DNA of 15,650 bases from Candidatus Babeliales bacterium (GTDB taxonomy: Bacteria; Babelota; Babeliae; Babelales; Vermiphilaceae): assembly GCA_044451405.1 (NCBI GenBank), contig JBIOKB010000023.1, positions 1 through 15,650 on the forward strand. Reading direction: 5' to 3'. Below are positions 8,332 to 15,586 of the stretch, one piece after another. Position numbers and translations under genes: made by a program. Within the stretch, counting starts at the first letter, position 1, and every line of letters begins with the position of its first letter. The notes beneath the pieces are model-generated. The model had not been told where the DNA came from. It saw nothing but the letters and a program-made list of their open reading frames with translations, and did not search any database.

Positions 8332-8809
8332 CATGCTTCCTATAGTTTTTCGGCTTATTAATTTTGCATTGTTTATTGTCTTGCTTGTGTATGGATTCAG
8401 GCGCTATATCTATGATGCGTTACGTACACAAATGGCTGAACGCGATAAAGCTCGTAGAGACTTGGAAGAAAAAAAGGAGCTTTTAGCCCGGATACAATCA
8501 CGCTTAGATGAGCAGATGCATATCAATGAACGGATACATAAAGAGCTCATGCTTACGTTGCATACCTGGCGACAAAGCTTTGAACATCAACAGAAGACAT
8601 TGCAGGAAGAAAAAGAACGCATCAAATATCAATTAGAGCTCAAAATGGAACGCCGTCGCCATATCCAACTTCTTAATGTGGTGCAAGATGAAGTAGTGAT
8701 CCCTGTAGTTAAAGAAAGTGACAAAGCATTACGGGACTATTTTGAGCAGCAAAAGCATGGCAAGGCATATGTAAAAGAGCTCCTTGCGTATATGGAGAGT
8801 AACGTATGA
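8318..8809 (+). CDS. atpF: F0F1 ATP synthase subunit b
   Basis: FRLINFALFIVLLVYGFRRYI membrane anchor followed by a long charged coiled coil, in atp operon context. An alternative start is the ATG at 8333. Confidence 0.82.
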   Translation: MLSSSMLPIVFRLINFALFIVLLVYGFRRYIYDALRTQMAERDKARRDLEEKKELLARIQSRLDEQMHINERIHKELMLTLHTWRQSFEHQQKTLQEEKERIKYQLELKMERRRHIQLLNVVQDEVVIPVVKESDKALRDYFEQQKHGKAYVKELLAYMESNV

Positions 8810-9354
8810 CCAATAGATTTATACTCTCACGTAAGTATGCAACAGCTTTTCTGCACGTGTATGGTACTACTATGACTATGGATGATTATAAGAGTTTGCA
8901 AACATTTAAGCGTGCGTGGGACGGTCATCCTGAATGGTTGCACGCGCTTGCTATGCCTACCGTTTCTTTAGAAAGAAAAATATCGTTGTTAGAGCGTATG
9001 CTTGCAGCATATCAGGTAATGCCCGATGTTATGCGGCTCCTGAAATTGCTCATTACCGATAAGCGAGAAATTTTAATCTCCCCTGTAATTGCTATGGTAT
9101 GCTCCTCCTATTTAAAGCGTGCTGGTATTGTTATGTGTACCTTATTAAGTTCACATGCACTTACGGAGCATGAGCGATCTATTGTTCAACAATTTATTGC
9201 ACGGCAGGTTGGCTATCATGTTATGTATGATTATACCGTTGATCCGAGCTTAATAGCGGGTATTAAAGTAGTAAGCGATACGTTTATGTGGGAATATTCG
9301 GTTGCCCGCCAATTACGTGAAGTGGAGCTCACAAGTAGAGTAAGGAACTATTAA
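8806..9354 (+). CDS. atpH: F0F1 ATP synthase subunit delta
   Basis: SRKYATAF N-terminal motif (arrYA.Al) and C-terminal VDPSLIAGIKV...YSVARQL. Overlaps atpF (ATGA) and atpA (TAATG). Confidence 0.9.
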   Translation: MTNRFILSRKYATAFLHVYGTTMTMDDYKSLQTFKRAWDGHPEWLHALAMPTVSLERKISLLERMLAAYQVMPDVMRLLKLLITDKREILISPVIAMVCSSYLKRAGIVMCTLLSSHALTEHERSIVQQFIARQVGYHVMYDYTVDPSLIAGIKVVSDTFMWEYSVARQLREVELTSRVRNY

Positions 9355-10895
9355 TGGAAATAAAAACTACTGATTTAGTGTCATTATTTGAAAAATCATT
9401 GCGTGAAATTTCAAAAGAACAGCTGGAAGAAATAGGTATTGTTATTCAAGTAGGTGATTTAATTTGTCGGGTTTCTGGATTAAGTAATGCTATGTATGGA
9501 GAACTGGTAACCTTTGAAGGGGGTAACACGGGAATCATCTTCAATTTAGATGAAGATTCAGTTACCGTTTTTCTATTACACACTACCATGCCGGTACATG
9601 AATTAGAGGTGGTAAAGCGTACGGGGAGTGTATTTAAAACACCAGTTGGTATGGGGTTACTCGGACGTGTTATTAATGCTCTTGGAGAACCCATTGATGC
9701 GTTAGGAACATTGGATATAAAAGAGCACCGCCCCATTGAGGCAGTAATAGCATCCATTATTGATCGTAGTCCTGTTAATCAATCATTAGAAACAGGTATT
9801 ATGGTTATTGATACCTCAGTTCCTATTGGGCGAGGACAACGGGAACTTATCATTGGTAATCGGGGTACTGGTAAAACAGCTATTGCATTAAATACTATCT
9901 TGCATCAAAAAGATCAGAATGTGTTGTGCGTGTATGTTTCTATAGGTCAGCGTCAGGCAAATCTAGCGCGCGTTATTCGTTTGCTTGAAGAAAATGATGC
10001 GATGAAGTACACCGTTATTGTAGCAGCGCAAGCAAGTGAAGCAGTCCTTGATCAATATATAGCGCCATATGTAGGAACCACTATTGCAGAGTATTTCCGT
10101 GAACAAGGCCGTGATGTGCTCGTGATATATGATGATTTAAGCAATCATGCTATAGCATATCGTGAAATGTCATTGTTAATGCGTCGTGCTCCAGGGCGCG
10201 AGGCGTATCCAGGTGACGTCTTTTATCTCCATTCCCGCTTGCTTGAACGAGCAGGTAAGTTAGCTAAGGGTGGTTCAGTTACCGCGCTTCCTATTGTACA
10301 AATTCAAGGGGATGATATTTCAGCCTACATTCCAACCAATCTTATTTCCATTACTGACGGCCAGGTGTTTTTAGATACCCAATTATTTAACCAAGGGGTA
10401 CGGCCTGCAGTGAATGTGGAATTATCAGTATCGCGTGTTGGGGGAGCTGCACAAACTAAAGCTATTAAAAAGATGACCAAGGCGTTGCGGTTAGAATTGG
10501 CTCAGTATCATGAACTGCTCGATTTTGCACAGTTTGGTACCGAACTTGATGAAGTTTCGCAAAAGAAATTAGCACGCGGTGCAATCGCCATGGAATTATT
10601 AAAGCAATCGGAGCATGAGAGCTACACGTTTGTTGATCAGGTGCTCATGTTATTCTTGCTCAATAAAAACCTACTTGATTCACTGCCGTTAGAACAAGTG
10701 CGACCCTTTGCTACCCAATTTGTAAGTTATGTACGTTCAGTGTATCCGGCGTTATACGAAGTTATTCGCGTATCAGAAGATGTGCTGCCTGAAACTGAGG
10801 AAAAATTAACGGAAATAGCACACGGGTTTAGCTCGATCTTTAAACCAATGGAAGTGCATGAATCATTGCCTAATATCAATACATTGATTTCATAA
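9354..10895 (+). CDS. atpA: F0F1 ATP synthase subunit alpha
   Basis: LLGRVINALGEPID, PIGRGQRELIIG, YDDLS, PGREAYPGDVFYLHSRLLERA, YIPTNLISITDGQ, SVSRVGGAAQ, LELAQY..FAQFG. Confidence 0.98.
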   Translation: MEIKTTDLVSLFEKSLREISKEQLEEIGIVIQVGDLICRVSGLSNAMYGELVTFEGGNTGIIFNLDEDSVTVFLLHTTMPVHELEVVKRTGSVFKTPVGMGLLGRVINALGEPIDALGTLDIKEHRPIEAVIASIIDRSPVNQSLETGIMVIDTSVPIGRGQRELIIGNRGTGKTAIALNTILHQKDQNVLCVYVSIGQRQANLARVIRLLEENDAMKYTVIVAAQASEAVLDQYIAPYVGTTIAEYFREQGRDVLVIYDDLSNHAIAYREMSLLMRRAPGREAYPGDVFYLHSRLLERAGKLAKGGSVTALPIVQIQGDDISAYIPTNLISITDGQVFLDTQLFNQGVRPAVNVELSVSRVGGAAQTKAIKKMTKALRLELAQYHELLDFAQFGTELDEVSQKKLARGAIAMELLKQSEHESYTFVDQVLMLFLLNKNLLDSLPLEQVRPFATQFVSYVRSVYPALYEVIRVSEDVLPETEEKLTEIAHGFSSIFKPMEVHESLPNINTLIS

Positions 10896-10913
10896 GGTAT
10901 GGTTCAGTACGAT
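10884..10913 (+). promoter_or_regulatory. Putative promoter for the PRTase-prs unit, overlapping the atpA 3' end
   Basis: TTGATT (10884-10889), 18-nt spacer, TACGAT (10908-10913). Hexamers and spacing are identical to 13781-13810. Confidence 0.5.
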
Positions 10914-10950
10914 TATGGCACAGTATCCTCGAATATAAGGATGGTATGCT

Positions 10951-11583
10951 ATGACCATGTTTAAAGATCGTTTTGATGCCGCACATCAACTTGCTCATTA
11001 CTTAAAACAGTATGCAAATAATCCCCAGGTGCTCATTCTTGCTATACCACGTGGTGGTCTTGAATTAGGGTATGTGCTTGCACGTGAGTTACATCTTCCT
11101 CTTGATATTATATTGACCAAAAAGATCGGTTATCCAGGCAATCCTGAATATGCTATTGGCGCGGCAAGTTTACACCATGTCTTGGTAAATCCTGAATTTA
11201 CGCATCCTGAGTTTACCGAGTATATAGCAGAGCAATCAGCTAACATTAGAGCTTTGCTACAAGAGCGAGCAAAGCTCTATTATAAAGACAAAAAATCTCA
11301 TTCTCTTGCCAACAAAATAGTTATTGTGGTTGATGATGGCGTTGCTACTGGCAGTACGCTCCTTGCTACCATAGAACTCATTCGCCAAGAAAAACCCCAC
11401 AAAATTATTATTGCATTGCCAGTGGCACCACAAGAAGCGCTTGAAAAATTACAGCGCGCAGCAGATGAGGTAGTGTGCTTACAAGTGCCTGAACTCTTTT
11501 TTAGTGTGGGACAGTTTTATCAAAAGTTTAATCAAGTAGAGGATCAAGAAGCGATCAGATTATTTCATGAGGCAAACCAATGA
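10951..11583 (+). CDS. Type I phosphoribosyltransferase family protein (Rv0571c/Rv2030c N-domain-like, substrate unknown)
   Basis: FKDRFDAAHQLA, LAIPRGG, KKIGYPGNPEYAIGA, PRPP-binding loop VVDDGVATGST, ALPVAP, ADEVVCL, FFSVGQFYQKFNQVED. Confidence 0.92.
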   Translation: MTMFKDRFDAAHQLAHYLKQYANNPQVLILAIPRGGLELGYVLARELHLPLDIILTKKIGYPGNPEYAIGAASLHHVLVNPEFTHPEFTEYIAEQSANIRALLQERAKLYYKDKKSHSLANKIVIVVDDGVATGSTLLATIELIRQEKPHKIIIALPVAPQEALEKLQRAADEVVCLQVPELFFSVGQFYQKFNQVEDQEAIRLFHEANQ

Positions 11584-12434
11584 TCGTTTTTTATACTACA
11601 TCAACAAAGCACTTTGCTGAATGCATTAAAGCACGCGCAGGTGCATGCACCATCAAACAATTTAGTGACGGTGAAGTGTATGTACGTGTAGATGAAGATG
11701 TGCGTGATAAAGAAGTATGGGTTTTGAGTGCCACTAATCCACCAGCAGAACATGCGTTTGAACTTTTTTTCTTATTAGATGCCTTGCAGCGCTCTGGTGC
11801 ACGCATTAATCTATTTATTACCTATTTTGGGTATGCTCGCCAAGTAATTGCTCAACCAGGTGAAGCGTTAAGTGCGCACGTTATTAGTTCATGTATTCAA
11901 CAGTTTTCTGCGCGAAAGATCTATATTATGCATCCCCACAGTACATTGCTCCATAATTTTCTATCATTTACTGCGGTGTATAAAGCAGATCTTTTCTGTA
12001 AATTTGCTGCGTTATATGATGCAGTTGCAGCACCAGATACAGGAGTGGCTGATTTCGCCCGTGAAATAGCAAAAGCTTGTAATAAAGATCTTATTATACT
12101 CACAAAGACACGTCCCGCGCATGAAGAAGTTGTAATTGAGGCGGTAGATGGGGATGCGCATGATAAAAAGATACTGCTTATTGATGATATAATTTCAACA
12201 GGACGTACTATTGTCCATGCAGCTTCTATACTTAAACAAAGAGGAGCAAAGCATGTTGCTGCTGCTGCGATTCATGGTGTTTTTGCTCCTGGAGCACGGG
12301 ATTATCTTCAAGTAAGTCCTCTGGATAGTATTTTTGTTACCAATACGATTGGTCAACAATCAGGAGGTAAAATTACGGTTATTGATATCAGTACGATGAT
12401 AGAAGAAATTATGGAAGAAGCACGGATATCATAA
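11580..12434 (+). CDS. prs: Ribose-phosphate pyrophosphokinase (PRPP synthetase), divergent
   Basis: FSDGEVYVRV, ELFFLLDAL, YFGYARQ, PGE, APDTG, K.R loop (TKTR), IDDIISTGRT, HGVF, VTNTI. ATGA overlap with the PRTase gene. Confidence 0.9.
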   Translation: MIVFYTTSTKHFAECIKARAGACTIKQFSDGEVYVRVDEDVRDKEVWVLSATNPPAEHAFELFFLLDALQRSGARINLFITYFGYARQVIAQPGEALSAHVISSCIQQFSARKIYIMHPHSTLLHNFLSFTAVYKADLFCKFAALYDAVAAPDTGVADFAREIAKACNKDLIILTKTRPAHEEVVIEAVDGDAHDKKILLIDDIISTGRTIVHAASILKQRGAKHVAAAAIHGVFAPGARDYLQVSPLDSIFVTNTIGQQSGGKITVIDISTMIEEIMEEARIS

Positions 12435-13748
12435 TCCTGTCGGATACGTTTCAGGAATTTCACCGGTAATCCAGAGTGATGTTTTTTCCAGCGGTTCAAG
12501 CGCCGTTGTTTTATCACAATGAATAACTGCATCAAATTGTTCTGCTAGATTTGCATAAAAATAGTGACTCATGCGTTCAGTCTGCGGCTGATATACAACG
12601 CCAATAGCCCGTTCAATTAGGTGGCCAGGCACAAGATCTTGTGTGTCAAGTAATAATAAGAAATTTGGAATTCCTGTTCCATGAAATAAACTTTCATAAC
12701 TATTTGGTAATGCATTACGCACCTGTTTTCGTTCAACAGGTCTATGCCAATTTGATGCCGCTGATACGGTGCCATGATACGTGGTAAAACCGATATTGAC
12801 TGCTTTTTTACCAAATTGTTCTTTCATGAGTTGGCCAATGTTGAGTTCACCATGTTTACCCATTTGCGTTGCACGGGCGTCCCCGATGTGTGAATTATGC
12901 GCCCAGATAATAATTTTAGGTTTTGCTATGCCTTTATTTTGGTAATGCTTAATGAGCTCGTTAACCGTGTCAGCCATATGGGAATCACGCACGTTCCAGT
13001 TATTTACCTCATCAATAAATAACGATCTATAGTAGTATTCTGCATTTTTTACTACCCGCGCATTTTGATCAAGGTTAAAGGCAGCATCAGCGGTTATGGT
13101 ACCATGGGCAAGGCGTTGCCAGTTTTGTTCGGCCATAATTTTGAGTTGTTCCATAACTTCCTGTGAACAATCGCGTATAATGTGTGTGTATACCGCATAT
13201 GCATAATCTTGAGGGTCATTTCTATACTGATCAAAGCAGGAATAATAATGTCGCGCTTGCTCAGCAGCAGAAGGATCTATCTTCTCAAGATAGTTGATGA
13301 TGGTATCAACTGAGCGGTATAAGCTATACAAATCAAGGCCATAAAAATTAACGCGCATTTCTGGAGACTGCTGTTGGTTATAATTTCTTAACCATTCAGC
13401 CAGATGGAGTATTGGTACATTTCCCCACATCCAGGTAGGAAACCGATCAAAGGAAGCAAGAGCATCAGCAGCATTGGTATACTGTTCATGGTGGGTATAG
13501 CGATTAATCTGATAGGCGTCTGGCCAATCACCTTCTATGGCAATAGCATTAAAATTTTTTTCTGTAATAAGACGTTTAGAAATCTCTGCACGTAGTTCGT
13601 AAAATTCATGCGTGCCATGGGTGGCTTCACCAAGTAATACAATCTGCGCATCGCCAATATAGGTAAGCAATTGCTTGTACATCGATGGATGGGTCATAGG
13701 AATGGCAGCCTTTTTGATAGCTTGTGTGAATTCTTGTTCATAGTTCAT
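12429..13748 (-). CDS. Erythromycin esterase family protein (EreA/ChaN-like fold; Rv2030c C-domain-like)
   Basis: LLGEATHGTHEFY, IAIEGDWPDA, FPTWMW, FYGLDLYSL, WNVRDSHM, WAHNSHIGDARAT, ERAIGVVY, SHYF, PETYPTGL. The start was moved from 13925 to the ATG at 13748 (MNYEQEF) to avoid overlap with the divergent gene. Confidence 0.92.
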   Translation of the reverse strand: MNYEQEFTQAIKKAAIPMTHPSMYKQLLTYIGDAQIVLLGEATHGTHEFYELRAEISKRLITEKNFNAIAIEGDWPDAYQINRYTHHEQYTNAADALASFDRFPTWMWGNVPILHLAEWLRNYNQQQSPEMRVNFYGLDLYSLYRSVDTIINYLEKIDPSAAEQARHYYSCFDQYRNDPQDYAYAVYTHIIRDCSQEVMEQLKIMAEQNWQRLAHGTITADAAFNLDQNARVVKNAEYYYRSLFIDEVNNWNVRDSHMADTVNELIKHYQNKGIAKPKIIIWAHNSHIGDARATQMGKHGELNIGQLMKEQFGKKAVNIGFTTYHGTVSAASNWHRPVERKQVRNALPNSYESLFHGTGIPNFLLLLDTQDLVPGHLIERAIGVVYQPQTERMSHYFYANLAEQFDAVIHCDKTTALEPLEKTSLWITGEIPETYPTGL

Positions 13749-13780
13749 GGCGGTCTCTTTTTTTGTGATATCCAATATTC

Positions 13781-13810
13781 TTGATTCAACGTACGTGACC
13801 ATATTACGAT
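13781..13810 (+). promoter_or_regulatory. Putative promoter for the His-repeat protein/ligase unit
   Basis: TTGATT (13781-13786), 18-nt spacer, TACGAT (13805-13810). Confidence 0.5.
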
Positions 13811-13817
13811 AATGCAA
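13788..13817 (-). promoter_or_regulatory. Putative promoter for the esterase gene, overlapping the divergent promoter
   Basis: On the minus strand: TTGCAT (13817-13812), 18-nt spacer, TACGTT (13793-13788), about 40 nt upstream of the ATG at 13748. Confidence 0.4.
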
Positions 13818-13853
13818 GTTTCTTAAAAAAAGATGAAAGAAAGGATACTGAGT

Positions 13854-14483
13854 ATGAAGAGTACTTTTATATGGGTAATAGTATGTACGGCTATTGGTGC
13901 AGGAGCATATTATGGGGGTGCACATTATGGATCAGGTAATTGCATAAGCTCAGAACGATGCACATTGCGTACTGGTATGCGCAAATTATGGTCGGATCAT
14001 GTATGGTGGACGCGTGATTATATTATTGCGGCAGTTGCAGATGCACCGGATCTTAAAGCAGCAACTGATCGATTACTTAAAAATCAAGAAGATATTGGGA
14101 GTGCAGTAGCTTCATATTATGGCAAAGAAGCAGGCGAGAAATTAACCGCCTTATTAAAAGAACACATTTTAATAGCAGCAGAAGTTGTTTCCGCTGCAAA
14201 AGCAAATGATAGTGGTTCATTAAAAACAGCAGATGAAAAGTGGCATGTAAATGCAGATGCTATCGCACTATTCTTAAGTAAAGCAAATCCCCATTGGTCA
14301 AACAGTGAAATGCAAGACATGATGTACAAACATCTGAAACTTACAACAGAAGAAACCGTTGCACGTTTGAAGAAAGACTGGGTGGGAGATGTTCAAACAT
14401 TCGATAAGGTGTTTGATGAAATTATGATGATGGCAGATATGCTAACAGCTGGTATTGCGCAACAATTTCCCGAAAAGTTTTAA
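13854..14483 (+). CDS. Secreted or membrane-anchored alpha-helical protein with three His-centred repeats; function unknown
   Basis: The ATG at 13854 follows an AAGGA SD (13841-13845) and gives a signal-like N-terminus MKSTFIWVIVCTAIGAGA. Motifs MRKLWSDHVWWTR, RLLKNQEDIG..YYG, LLKEHI and ANPHW..HLKLT..QQFPEKF resemble, from recollection, a family with unreliable 'glycosyltransferase' or 'acetylglutamate kinase' labels. Confidence 0.85.
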   Translation: MKSTFIWVIVCTAIGAGAYYGGAHYGSGNCISSERCTLRTGMRKLWSDHVWWTRDYIIAAVADAPDLKAATDRLLKNQEDIGSAVASYYGKEAGEKLTALLKEHILIAAEVVSAAKANDSGSLKTADEKWHVNADAIALFLSKANPHWSNSEMQDMMYKHLKLTTEETVARLKKDWVGDVQTFDKVFDEIMMMADMLTAGIAQQFPEKF

Positions 14484-14489
14484 CTTATT

Positions 14490-15524
14490 ATGAAGCGTAT
14501 ATCGTTGATCCCATCCCTACCCGCTGAGCTGCAAAAAAAGTGTAAAAAGACGGCTCAACCATTATTTATCAAACCAATGCTTGCAACGTTAACCGATGAT
14601 TATTTTTCAAGCGATGATTGGATCTATGAGCATAAATTTGATGGCGAACGATGTTTAGCCATCAAGAAAAAGGGGCGCGTGTATTTGAAATCACGCAATG
14701 ATAATGATATGAACGATATCTACCCTGAATTAGTTACTGCATTAGAAAAGCAGACAGCAGATAATTTCATTATTGATGGTGAAATTGTAAGCCGTAACGT
14801 CAAAGGGGTATCTGATTTTGAATTGCTGCAGGGAAGAATTAACTTGCGTCAGAGTAGTGAAGTTGCTACAAAAGAAAAACAGGTGCCCATTGCCTATTGT
14901 ATCTTTGATTGCATGTATGTTGATGGGTACGATATCCGTAAACTGCCCCTTTCTGCGCGCAAAGCGGTATTAAAAAGATTACTTGTATACAACAAAATAC
15001 TCAGCTACACACAGCATAAAGTTGGTGACGGTATTAAATACTTCAAACAAGCCTGCAAGCTCCAGTGGGAAGGGCTCATTGCAAAGTGCTTTGCGAGCGA
15101 ATACGTTGGTGTTCGATCGCGTGACTGGCTTAAATTTAAATGCATCATGAAGCAAGAATTAGTAATTGGTGGTTACACTAACCCCAAAGGCTTCCGTGAT
15201 TATTTTGGCGCCTTGTTAGTAGGCTACTATGCTAATGGCAAACTACACTATGCGGGCAAAGTTGGCACGGGATATAGTGAAGATACGCTTGCCTTGCTTG
15301 GCAAAAAGCTGCAGAAATTAAAAACCACCACATGTCCATTTAGTAATTATGATGAAACCTTAAGTGGTGTTAATTGGGTAAAGCCGCAATTAGTTGCTGA
15401 ATTTCAGTTTGCGCAATGGACCAAAGGGGGCAAATTGCGGGTTGGTAGATACAAAGGCCTGCGGGATGATAAAAAAGCAAAAGACGTGGTAAAAGAAGTG
15501 CCAAAAGCTATCGGGCCGCGGTGA
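14490..15524 (+). CDS. ligD: ATP-dependent DNA ligase, stand-alone LigD-type ligase domain (NHEJ family)
   Basis: KPMLATL; motif I YEHKFDGER (adenylated Lys); Ia LKSRN; III IIDGEIV; IIIa IFD; IV EGLIAK; V RSRDWLKFK. OB domain QELVIGGYT..FGALLVGYY..YAGKVGTG..WVKPQLVAE..KGLRDDK. Confidence 0.93.
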   Translation: MKRISLIPSLPAELQKKCKKTAQPLFIKPMLATLTDDYFSSDDWIYEHKFDGERCLAIKKKGRVYLKSRNDNDMNDIYPELVTALEKQTADNFIIDGEIVSRNVKGVSDFELLQGRINLRQSSEVATKEKQVPIAYCIFDCMYVDGYDIRKLPLSARKAVLKRLLVYNKILSYTQHKVGDGIKYFKQACKLQWEGLIAKCFASEYVGVRSRDWLKFKCIMKQELVIGGYTNPKGFRDYFGALLVGYYANGKLHYAGKVGTGYSEDTLALLGKKLQKLKTTTCPFSNYDETLSGVNWVKPQLVAEFQFAQWTKGGKLRVGRYKGLRDDKKAKDVVKEVPKAIGPR

Positions 15525-15539
15525 TTTTTTATTCAGTAA

Positions 15540-15568
15540 TTGAGTTAATCCTGAGCTCATTATATACT
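15540..15568 (+). promoter_or_regulatory. Putative sigma70 promoter for the tRNA
   Basis: TTGAGT (15540-15545), 17-nt spacer, TATACT (15563-15568), 18 nt upstream of the tRNA 5' end. Confidence 0.6.
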
Positions 15569-15586
15569 TTTATATCTATCTTATAG

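Noticed and set aside
7694-10895. N-ATPase operon
   Set aside because: Delta and two b-type subunits are present, the gene order differs, there is no atpQ/atpR, and the c subunit has Gln rather than a second Glu in helix 1.
12429-13748. Call as a macrolide resistance gene (ereA/ereB)
   Set aside because: The motifs (FPTWMW, HIGDARAT, PETYPTGL) fit the widespread Rv2030c-like subfamily of unknown substrate. Resistance cannot be inferred.
13749-13925. 59-aa N-terminal extension of the esterase ORF in the track
   Set aside because: It overlaps the divergent gene and the promoter region. Family-like sequence begins only after the Met at 13748.
1178-14329. Other short ORFs in the track that overlap major genes (e.g. 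2343-2759, 4859-5152, 5955-6344, 7331-7525, 9446-9757, 14117-14329)
   Set aside because: They are antisense or alternate-frame ORFs within well-supported CDSs and have no recognisable motifs.
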